NCBI RefSeq assembly: GCF_963921235.1
Contig: NC_086098.1
Location: 236,902,001-236,966,000 of the forward strand
Source of the DNA: Mobula hypostoma
Taxonomy: Eukaryota
DNA: 64,000 nucleotides
Direction: 5' to 3'
Shown: positions 1-9,730 of the stretch, piece by piece
Layout: each line of letters starts with the position of its first letter
Position numbering within the stretch: position 1 is the stretch's first letter
The notes under the pieces: generated by a model
Databases searched by the model: none
Seen by the model: the letters and a program-made list of their open reading frames with translations, nothing else
Told to the model about the DNA's origin: nothing
Position numbers and translations under genes: made by a program

Positions 1-904
1 CTGTTTTTGAAAGACTCAGCCGACCTGTCTTGGCTGTGTATTGTGAACCCATCAATCTGAATTGCTGCGTCCGGACACGGATGTGCTTAACCAAGATTCC
101 CTGAACCAAAAGACGCAAGTGGTCCTAATGCACCTCTGATACAGCACCCGAGCTCCAAGATATTCAGTTTTGTTCACCAAAGACTGTACGTTTGGCAGTA
201 AAATGGTCGGTATTGGGAGTCAAAAGCAGCAATTTCTTAAACGAACCTTAAGTTCAGCTGAGAATCAACGAATAACACCAGAAATATGCGAATTAAAGAT
301 GAACGTGAAAGACTATGGAACGTAAACAGGGTATACATTATTCCAATAACAATACCCACAACCGGTATCATCCCAAGGTCACTACACATTAGCATTACAC
401 AATTAAGCCTGCACAGCCACAATACTAAATGCCACTGGAATAGTCCCAATCTTCCCAGCAATTAAGTAATGAATGCAATTGGCTACACCCGGACCTCTGG
501 TTTTACCAGCTTGAGATGAAAAAATGTAATCGTAGTAATCAATAGATAAATTTCTAATACATCCTGATGGTATGAGATGAAGAACCCTTCCAAGTGAGTC
601 CATAGATTGTGGGAATATTTCAATGATGGACCAAATGAAGTTAAGTGAAGATATTCGTTCTGTTTCAAGATCCTGATGGTTGAGGGATTATTAATGTTCC
701 TGAGGTTCATTGTGTGGGTCCTGAGGCTCCTGTATCTGATTCCTGATTGCAGCAGCAAGAGTAGAGCATGGCCTGAATGGCGGGAGCCATGAATGGGGGT
801 GGGGGTTGGTGGGGTCAGTGTATACTACCTTTGTGCTGGACTCCCCTGAAAAATAAGTATACTACTTTGGATGATGTTCAGCGGGACATCCTACAGTGGG
901 GTGT

Positions 905-3303
905 GGTGGGGAGGAGCAGCGACCAGGACTCAGACACTGAGTCTGACTCTTGGCTTAGAGAAGAGGCGAAGAGGACTATAGCTGTGACAGGATATTCCAT
1001 ATTTACAGGAATAGGGACGACATTCTGTGGACGCAATAGCGTCAGCTGAATGGTATGTTGCCTACTATGTGCCAGGATGAGGATTGTCTCTGATCGGGTC
1101 CACCGCATTCTAACTGGGTTAGCTGAGTAGCCAGGAGTCTTAGTGCATATTGGCTCCAAAGACGTGCGGAAAAGAGGAGAAGGACCTGAACAGAGATTTT
1201 AGAGAGCTAGGTAGAAAGATGAAAATCAGGCCATCCAGTGTAGTAATCTATGGATAACTGCTTCTTCCACGCGCCAATAACGATAAGACTGGAATGATTT
1301 GGCAGATGAATGCCTGGCCGATGATCTGTTGCACGGGGTATGGTTCATTAGGATTTTTTTCTGGGGAAGGTAGAGTCTGTATAAAAGGGACGGGTTACAC
1401 CTGAACTGGAGAGGGCCCAATATCCTCGTGGGCAGGTTGGCTAGAGGTGCTCGGGAGGATATAAATTGATTTGGCAGTGGGGTGGGAACCGAGATGATAG
1501 TGCTAAGCAACGGAGTCGTTGGATTATGAACAGAGGCAGTGTATGGTGAGAGACTGCAAGCAAGGAGAGACTGATGCCAGCGTGAAATTGCAATTACCGG
1601 GATGAGTTGAAATGTTCACGGAGGATAGAATCGGAAAAAGTGTTGAATACAGAGCTGAAGGTGTTGTTTTTGAATGCACGCAGTATAAGCGAGAGGGAGG
1701 GTGGGAGAGAGAGAGAGGGGGGGGGAGAGAGAGAGAGAGAGAGAGTGAGAGAGAGATGTATGACGTTTTGAGCATCACTGAGTCGTGGCTGAGAGAAGGT
1801 TATAATTTGGAGCGTAATGTTCAAGGATGCACCTTCTATCGAAAGGACAGACAGGTCTGCAGATGGGTGGCTCTGTTGCTGAAGTAAAAAATGAAATCCA
1901 ATCCTTAGAAAAACGTGACATAGTATCGGGAGGTTTATGATCCTTGTTGACAGAGCTAAGGAACTGCAAATGTACAAATCCCTGATGCATGTAATATACA
2001 GACCTACCAACCGTTTCTACGATGTGGTCTACAATTTACAAAGCGAGATAGAAAATGTATATCGAAGGGGCAATGTTATAATAGTCATCGGGGATTTCAT
2101 TATGAAGGAAGAGTTGGAAAATTAGGGTGGTGCTGGATCCCAAGAATGCCTACGAGATGGTTCGTTATTGAGCCAACGAGAGGATTAGCGATTCTACAAT
2201 GGGTGTTGTGCAATGAAACGGAATTAATTAGAGAGAAATCAAAGGAAGCCTGAGGGGACAGTGATCATAATATGATAGAATTCATCCTACAAATTGAGAA
2301 TGAGAAGCTAAACTCAGATGAATCAGTATTACACTGAAGTAAAATAAACGACTGAGGTATGTGAGAGGAGATGGTGATTGTTGATTGGAAGTTGACATTT
2401 GCAGAGGTGACGGTAGAACAGCAATGGCTGGAATTTGTAGAAGGAATCTGAAGGCACAGAGTAGATAAAGAAGAAGTATTTGTAATACTTCCCAAAGAAG
2501 AAGTATTCGAAATGCAGCATGACGCAACCTAGCTGACAATAAAAGTCCAGAAGGGGAACATAGTAGACCAAATATTATGGGAAGTTAGAGTATTGGGAAG
2601 CTTTTAAAAACCAATAGAAGACAATTAAAAAGTCATAAAGAAGCAAAAGATGGAAAACGGAAGTAGGCTAGCTGGTAATATTCAAGAGTATACGAATTGT
2701 TTCTCGAGATATATCCACTGTAAAAGAGGCAAGAGAACTGGAAAATTGCAAATGTCAAGAAGGGAGAGAGGCAAGAGAAAGAAAATTATAGGCCAGTTAG
2801 TTTGACCTCAGTGGTTCGGAAGGTGTTGGAATCGATTGCTAAGGATGTGGTTTCGGGCACTTGGAGTCACATGATGAAATAGGCCGACATCAGCATAGTT
2901 TCCTTCAGGGAAATTCTTGCCTGTCAAATCTGTTGTAATTCTTTGAAGAAATAACCAAACAAGATAGACAACAGAGAATCGGAGGATTTTGTGCACTTGG
3001 ATTTTCAGAAGGCCTTTGAGAACGTGCCACACATGAGGCTGCTTAACAAATTAAGAGCTCGGGGCATTACAGGAAAACTACCAGCATGGAGAGATCATTG
3101 GCTGATTGATTGGAGTCTAAGAGTGGTAATAAAGTGAGCCTTTTCTAGCTGGCTTCCAGTGACGAGTGTATTAGGCAGGGAGCTGCGTTGGGACCGCTTC
3201 TTTATTAGTTATGTATCAATAATTTGGATGAGGAATTGATGGGGTTGTGGTCACGTTTACGGAGAAGAGGAAGATCGGCGGAGGGGCAGATAGGAGATAT
3301 TAC
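905..3303 (+). mobile_element. Decayed CR1-type LINE (ORF1 esterase, endonuclease and RT remnants)
   Basis: Remnants read FCGRN..MVCCL..VHIG (ORF1 SGNH-like), YDVLSITESWL and VIGDF (endonuclease) and NYRPVSLTSVV (RT). Many stops and frameshifts. The 3' end resumes after the solo LTR at 4384-4590. Confidence 0.8.
1690..1757. repeat. (GA)n-rich microsatellite
   Basis: Run of gagaga, read directly. Confidence 0.95.
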
Positions 3304-4383
3304 TGACAGGGTCCAGTCCGTGAAGTCCACATTCCGGTTCACGGACCAGTCCATCGATCCTTATTCCAGTTTTTCCGGTTTTCCCTTGTTCGGTTGGTGC
3401 CTTAATTGAGGCACATGATTCTCATTTGGGGCTGGCTACATAAACAGCTCCTGGGTTCAGCTTCAGTTGCTGGACTGTTCCCTTCCCCTTCCTTTTGTAG
3501 CCCTTGCCTGAAACCTCGCCTGCTAACTTTAGCCTGAAGCCTCGCCTATTCTCGCCGTCAAGTTCTACCGCCGGAGCAAGACCGGAGCCTTACTGTGTCT
3601 AGATAAGAAACTGTTTGGAACTGTCTCTTTGTGTCTTCGCCTTCGCTAGGTAGGTCCGGCCGTTTGCCGCTACCTTGTGTTAGGAACCGTCTCTGTGTCC
3701 ACGTCTTCGCTAGGTAGGTCCGGCCGTTTGCCCCTGCCTTGTGTTGGGAACCGTCTCGTCGTGTTTATGTGTCCCGGCCCTACGACCTGTTCCCAAGGAG
3801 GGGTCCCGGCTCTGTGTTCTACGTTCTTGTCTCCCAGGACCAACGCTCCGTGTACTGCGTTCCTGTCTCCCAAGGCCAAGGCTCTGTGTTCTGCGTTCCT
3901 GTCTCCCAAGGCCAAGGCTCTGCGTTCTGAGTTTCTGTCTCCCAAGACCAATGCTCCATGTTCTGCGTTCTTGTCTCCCAAGACCAAGTCTGAGCTTCGT
4001 GTCCTCATCCAGTTCTGGTCTCGCCTCCTTCCCAGGAGTCCTGCGTCCTGCCGCCACGTCCAGGAATGTTGCCTTGCCATGTCTTGTCCTCGCCTAGATC
4101 CGGAATCCGAGCCCGAGTCAAGATCCAGGTTCCAGGTCCCTGTCTAGTCTCTGGCTCGGAGTCCTTGTCCAGGTTCCAACTTCCTAGTTCTTCGTCCAGG
4201 TCCCGCTTTCCTAGTCTAGTCCTAGCACAGGTCCTGTATCTTAGTCTCGTCCAGGGCCTGTGTTTTGTCCAGTGTCGTTTCCTCCTCACTTCCCTTGCTT
4301 TCTTGACACACCTAGTCCTGTTCCTAGTACTTCATTGTCTGTATCTTGCATTTGGGTCCGCCACAAACGCACCCCTTATAACA
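3304..4383 (+). mobile_element. Solo LTR inserted in a CR1 3' region
   Basis: TG...CA termini and a near-TSD ATTAC/ATTTC. The flanks rejoin to the CR1 motif aggagaNatttcttta. There is a U5-like end cttgcatttgggtcc...ttataaca and no internal coding sequence. Confidence 0.7.
3809..3988. repeat. 36-bp minisatellite, 5 copies, inside the solo LTR (a 64-66 bp duplication lies at 3617-3750)
   Basis: Unit gctctgtgttctgcgttcctgtctcccaaggccaag, matching the 12-aa periodicity of the overlapping ORFs. Confidence 0.9.
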
Positions 4384-7300
4384 ATTTCTTTAAGAAGAGA
4401 TGAATCTGTGGATTTCGTTGCAGCAGGCGGCTTTGGAGGCTGTCATTTAGTATATTTAATACCGAGGTTGCTAGGCTCTTAAATAGTCAGAGCATGAAGG
4501 GATACGAGGCGAAGGCAGGATTCTGGGGCTGAAACGGAAATGGATCTGACAGAATGAAATGGCGGAGCAGGCTTGACGGACAGATATTTCTGTCATAGAG
4601 CATAGAAGTGACACACAACATATGAAATACTATTACCACAAATAAATTAACAAATAATGCAATATTTTCCAGAAGACTGACATTTAGTATCAGTTGCATT
4701 TACGACACAAGTCAAAAAGCAAACAGTTTAACGTTATGAGCACTTCATAAGTGATGAAATCTGGATGGTGGCAGGGAATTCAGTAGTCTCACAGTTTAGG
4801 GAGGAAGCTGCTTCCCGTCCTAAAAGTGCTTGTCCCAATGCTAAAACTGCCCGAAGGTAGGGGATCAAAAGAAGGGGAAACGCGCGTCGAAGAAATGCGA
4901 ACTCCGCTTGTTTTCACTGTCGGACCTTGCCTACTGTCTGTATTCTGGTTGAATGGCTGAATTCTATCGCCACCACAATACTGCTTACCTTTCCAATGTG
5001 AGATCTGAACTTTTTATACTCAGTATCAATATTAGTTCAGTGTACCATAGTATTCAGTTTGCAAATTGCCATTGCAGGTGACATGCAAAGGCAGTGTGGA
5101 TATAGAAAATAAATTTATATCTGGACATCCACGGAAGTGGTCAATATGGTGCGTTCTCATTATATGGTGCATTTAACTGACTGTTTTACACTGTTTCTAC
5201 TGCAGACTGGGCACGGAAAGTCAACTCTTTATTCCTTTTCGCAGAAGCTGCCTGACCTGCTAAGTTCCTCAGGCATTTTGTGATTTTGTGTGTGTTACTC
5301 TGGATTTCCAGTATTTGCAGAACTTTCCGGGTGTCAGACCTGTGCACTAAGCGCCACAGTGGAAGCGGGACCGGATCCAACTGGGAATACCGCTCATCCC
5401 TCTCCAAAGAAACGCATTTATGGAGCATCAGCCAGCTCACAATCACTGCGTACCTTGGTTGGAGCCTCCTTCTCCTTCCAAAGAAACCCGTAAACTATTT
5501 ATCTATTTATAAACTCGGAACTTTACCCCTCTGTTCCTTCCCTTGGGCATCGTAAGTTGTACGGCGTACGGAAATCTGGGGAGCAGCCCTCTTCTATGTA
5601 GCTTTCGTGAGGCATTATGAAGATCCCCGTGAAGCACCACGCTACCTCCTGCAGTTTGTTCTATAGATGCTGCCGGAGTTACTGAGTTCCTCCAGCATTT
5701 TTTGTGTTACTTTATTCGTGGTGCCGTTCCATCTTTCCCGCTCTATCGATCCCATCTTCAAAGCAGCCCTAACAGATTCCCTCAATTCATAGTTTGAGCG
5801 AAATCTGTCTGAATTCCCAGTGAGTGCATGGGGCCGTCACTAACAGCGCGTCTTCTCAGTCACACTCCCCATTAACTCCACTCTATTATTCAGGCAGAAT
5901 CTAACTTGAATATATGCGCACGGGTTCTTTAGTCATCTCATGCTCTTTCCCGGTTCAGTAATTCCCTCCAGTCTGATATATACACAAGCCTTAAACTCCA
6001 CCGCAGCAGGTTCAGGAACAGTTATTACCCTTTAAACATCAGACTGCAGAAGCAGTGTGGATGACTTCGAAAACCACAAATCTGAACTGATTGCAAAACC
6101 TAAGGACTCAATTTCAATAACTCTACAAATCTTGTCATCCGTATTATCTATCTGTCTATCTGTTTCTCCATGCAGCTACCTATGTATTTATTTATTTGCG
6201 GGTTTTCATTGATTCTATAGTATATAGTATTTTTGTTAATCTCCAATTGTCCGCAACAAGGTGAATGTCAAGGTAATATATGGTCACATATCTGTACTTT
6301 GATAATAAAATTAATTTGACTTTTGGCAATAACGTCACACTGACTGGCGGGGAGTTTCCAATGACTGAGACGGGTTTAGATACTCAGTGAACTGGTGGGT
6401 CAGTAAGGGAAACCGGAACTGAGTGGAAAGGTCCACATTGATCATATTGGATGATGGAGTGGGAGGAAAAGGTTGAATGGTCTACTCCGGTTCTGTGTGT
6501 TATTTTAAAATGTTCAGTTGCCCAGCCCTTTAAAACATTCCCGTGCGGTAGATTTGTGTACGGGCTCGGATAACGTGTCCAAGGGGTGACAGATAGGAAA
6601 TGGAGCAGATAATTTCGCCAGGATTGGAACAGCTCGACATTTAGATACTCAGAAGTTACAGAAGGTAATTTGCTGAGTTTCCTGGGAGGTTATATGTTTG
6701 TGTGCGCGTGTGTGTGCCGGCGGGATGGGAGGGGCGGGAGGCGTTTGGCTTGGTTTCGGGGCGTACAAGGAGATGGTTTGGTCTTTGTGGTGGAACTAAG
6801 AGAATAGATAACTTCAAGTGTAGAGAATGTCTAAATCATGGGTAAACAGCCTTGCAGCGAGTCTATCAACAGCGTAACACCCGTGGCCAGAATTTGGACA
6901 AAATATAGTGAGAATATCGAGCTCCCTCCCACAGGGATAGGAGGAAATGAAGAGCAGAGGTGCAGGGCGACGAAGAAAATAAGTTCCCAGTGATGGTGGG
7001 AAGTTAACAAAGACGAAAGAGGCCACGGTAGGACAGAGAAATCGGCTTCGGTCAGGAATGGCGGAATACCATATTTTGGTGGATTTGAGTGTAATTTTGT
7101 GTGACTCGGCTGGCAGATGGCACGTTATTCGCCAGCAAACTCCCAACGTACTGCGAGTAAAGACAGACCATGTGAAACCAACCAGTAGTTGCATCTTTAC
7201 TAAGAGTTGTGATGAACAAGATCTAATTATAACATAGTCAAAGGGAGCTCTCTCCATTCTACACACAACGGAAATCAGACTCAGCACAGTGGATACAATT

Positions 7301-7520
7301 CTACTGAGAATTACGCGTCACAAAAATCGGACAATCATCGCGCTCATTTCTGAAATAACTGAACATCTGTTTGTTCTCAGAAGCGGATATTAAGGCACAA
7401 TTAACCTGCACAACGCGGCTACACAGTCCCAATGAGGGCAAACAGTTCACGTGTGCTGTCATCCCGCGCGGCCTCACTGCGAGCAGGACGACGAAGAGAT
7501 GGTGTGACGCAGAGGCGAGC

Positions 7521-7792
7521 TCAGCTCACGGTGCAGGAATAAATGGAACCTTTTTTCCAGGCAGCGGCGGGTACCCGCAGGTAGCTGCTCAGCCTGTAGG
7601 TCTGGTCGGTATCCGGTGACACGGTGCCTGTGGTCACCCCGTTCTCCGTCTCGACGTTATCCACACTCCAGCGAAGCGCTACCAAGCCCGGTTTAAAGCC
7701 GCTCACCAGGCAGGACAGAGTAGCCGAACCTGAGCCGGTCTCTACCGCGGAGGGAGGGAGCAGGAGAACCGAGGGCCTCCGGGACTCGCTAC
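7521..7792 (-). CDS. IgL sigma-cart constant exon, cluster 1, truncated by a 10-nt deletion
   Basis: Acceptor cacag at 7793. Reads SESRRPSVLLLPPS...ATLSCLVSGFKPG..LRW...YRLSSYL...YSCTVS*. The ancestral tail LSSPLRHTISSSSCSQ* continues in another frame to a stop at 7474-7476. Confidence 0.93.
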
Positions 7793-9068
7793 CTGTGTGT
7801 GAGAAACGAGATGAACGGAATAGAGACAATATTAATTTGTGGACTCCCAGAGCTCGGGTAAAAAAAAAACTCGCCAGAAAATAATTAGAAGCTACCGAGT
7901 ATGGAGGCAAACAATGAAATAGGTGGCGGAGTTTGCGGTCCTTCTTTCGGTGAATGAAGCGGCAGTGCGGATTTTTCCAGATTAATCACAAATCCTAAGT
8001 GGACTTTAACTTCCACTGTCTTCCCGGGCGGGGAATCCGGGTCCCACCAGAGATGAGTAAGGAGCCTCATTTATTCCACCCTCCAATTCCTGCACATGGC
8101 TCTGCCCGGTTATTGGTATCTCTGTGGATTCGTGTTTTAGCCTGACCCCAGTGGTTCTTAAGATCTATAACAGGGCTGTGAATTGATGGATATTACTCTT
8201 TCAGCTCTGTGAAGGAGCGCCACAAACTCTAGATTTATAACCTACTGTCATCTCCAGATTCCAAATCCTTTCCCGATTCCGAAAAACAATTACCCTAACT
8301 CCGGACCAAACTATTATCAACAAATCCGGTGCTACCTTGTCACTGGCTCCTATGCCGAGCGATTGAATTCCGGTGACTCCCCAGATATCGATGACTCCCC
8401 CCCCCACCCGGATATTGAGTAATTCAGGATGTCCAAACCTTCTTGCCCAGTGATAGCAGAGGAAATGACGAAAAAGAAGATCGGTCCCGTGAGCAGAAGA
8501 GAGGCGAGGAAACAAGAGTCCAGGTCAGACCGGGATTACCTCCTGGACACGTGCAAACCCGCCCGTTCCCGCTCTATTCTCTGTCCAGTCCGCTAGCTGC
8601 CCAGCATTCTTCTGCAATGTACCTTAAAATATCTGCAGTGTTCCTTGCTTGTTCGTGCCCTTGTTAACAGTTTGAACCTGAGGCGGCCAACTCTGAACGC
8701 GTTGGCTGCCATTTATAGCAGTTCTGAATATTGGGGAAAGTTTTGTAACCAAATCTTGGGGATTGGGTAAGACTGGTTCCGATTCCGACAATACTGGACC
8801 TGGGTTCAGTGTTAAAGGAGAGAAAATGCTCGATCGATCTGGGCATCCACCACCTTAACAGGAGTTCTCGAATGTCGGTATGTACCTCGTGTAAAAAGGT
8901 CATGAAATTGAGGGACCGAATGGTCTCCTAGCCCTATTCGAGACAGGTAAAGCTCTCCCGCGGCATAGAGATGGTACGATTATTTCCTGCATGGATATTT
9001 CCAAAGATGTGAAAAATAGGAGGGACTATGATGGGAATTGCTTGTAAAGGAATGAGCGAGTCACTTAC

Positions 9069-9428
9069 TCTTTACATCCAGGATAATGCCTGGACCGAAG
9101 ATATATTTATCATCCCACACTGCACAGTAATAGACAGCGGAGTCCCGGGAATCCAAGCTGCCGATGGTCAGGATGTGAATGTTGTTGGACAGGTCTCCGG
9201 ACGGCTGGAAACGGCTTGTGATCCCAGGCCCTCCGTTTGTAGGATCATCATCCTCTGGATCGTGCAGAATTACCCACTCCGGTCTCTCCCCGGGACGCTG
9301 TCGATACCAGAGCATGTAGTAACTTGCAATATTTCCGTTCCGCATCTGACACTCTAAGTGGGCGGTGTACCCCGCGGAGACAGGACCGGACATTGGTGTC
9401 TGATTGAGGACTGGGACCGCTAGGATAC
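9069..9428 (-). CDS. Germline-joined VJ exon, IgL sigma-cart, cluster 1 (open frame)
   Basis: Acceptor AG at 9429-9430 and donor GTAAGT at 9068. The 360-nt exon keeps Cys, WYRQ, DSAVYYC and FGPG, with V continuous into J and no RSS. Confidence 0.95.
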
Positions 9429-9548
9429 CTGTGATGAAACACACTAAAACTACTTGGGTGTCTTGGAGCCAACGGAAGTCCCACCAATTGTTTAACACGC
9501 ACTAGAAAATCAGCGGCAATCGCAATTTTTGAGCAATGAGACACTCAC

Positions 9549-9597
9549 CTGATAAATGGACCAGTAAAGCCCACAGGAGAGGCAGCACTCGGGACAT
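9549..9597 (-). CDS. IgL leader exon, cluster 1
   Basis: ATG at 9597, MSRVLPLLWALLVHLS plus G, donor GTGAGT, 120-nt intron, phase 1 matching the VJ exon. Confidence 0.93.
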
Positions 9598-9629
9598 TTC
9601 TCCGGACGAAGCGAAGTTTCGACCGAATC

Positions 9630-9730
9630 GCTCACTGTTATACAAACACGGGGAGGCTCCGGCAGCAGCTTCTGCAAACCGGTGGCCCCAGGTCTGTTTA
9701 TTAACGGGGATATTAATGAGTGGGAGGCGC
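9630..9730 (-). promoter_or_regulatory. Putative V promoter, cluster 1
   Basis: Block conserved with 53700-53770 (taatgagtgggaggcgcc, ctgtttattaac). TAATAAA at 9697-9703 and degenerate octamer-like sites. Confidence 0.6.

Noticed and set aside
3670-4482. Several overlapping 115-156 aa ORFs
   Set aside because: These are by-products of stop-poor tandem repeats in the solo LTR.
6814-7287. 157-aa minus-strand ORF downstream of C1, considered as an extra or membrane exon
   Set aside because: No recognisable domain or transmembrane segment, and the frame is not conserved in the aligned flanks of clusters 2 and 3.
7285-7328. RSS-like CACAGTG...ACAAAAATC downstream of C1 (similar at 32622-32665)
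   Set aside because: The spacer is 28 nt, not 12 or 23. It lies in the 3' flank away from any V or J, and the heptamer is absent from the aligned cluster 3 flank.
7885-7910. ORF-track starts upstream of the C exons (7910, 51976) and of VJ1 (9498)
   Set aside because: These N-terminal extensions are intron sequence. The real boundaries are the splice acceptor positions.
9069-9428. Alternative identity as a TCR, IgNAR or processed (retroposed) Ig gene
   Set aside because: The leader and J-C introns are present, so it is not retroposed. The single C exon ends in a terminal Cys with no transmembrane exon, which fits a light chain.
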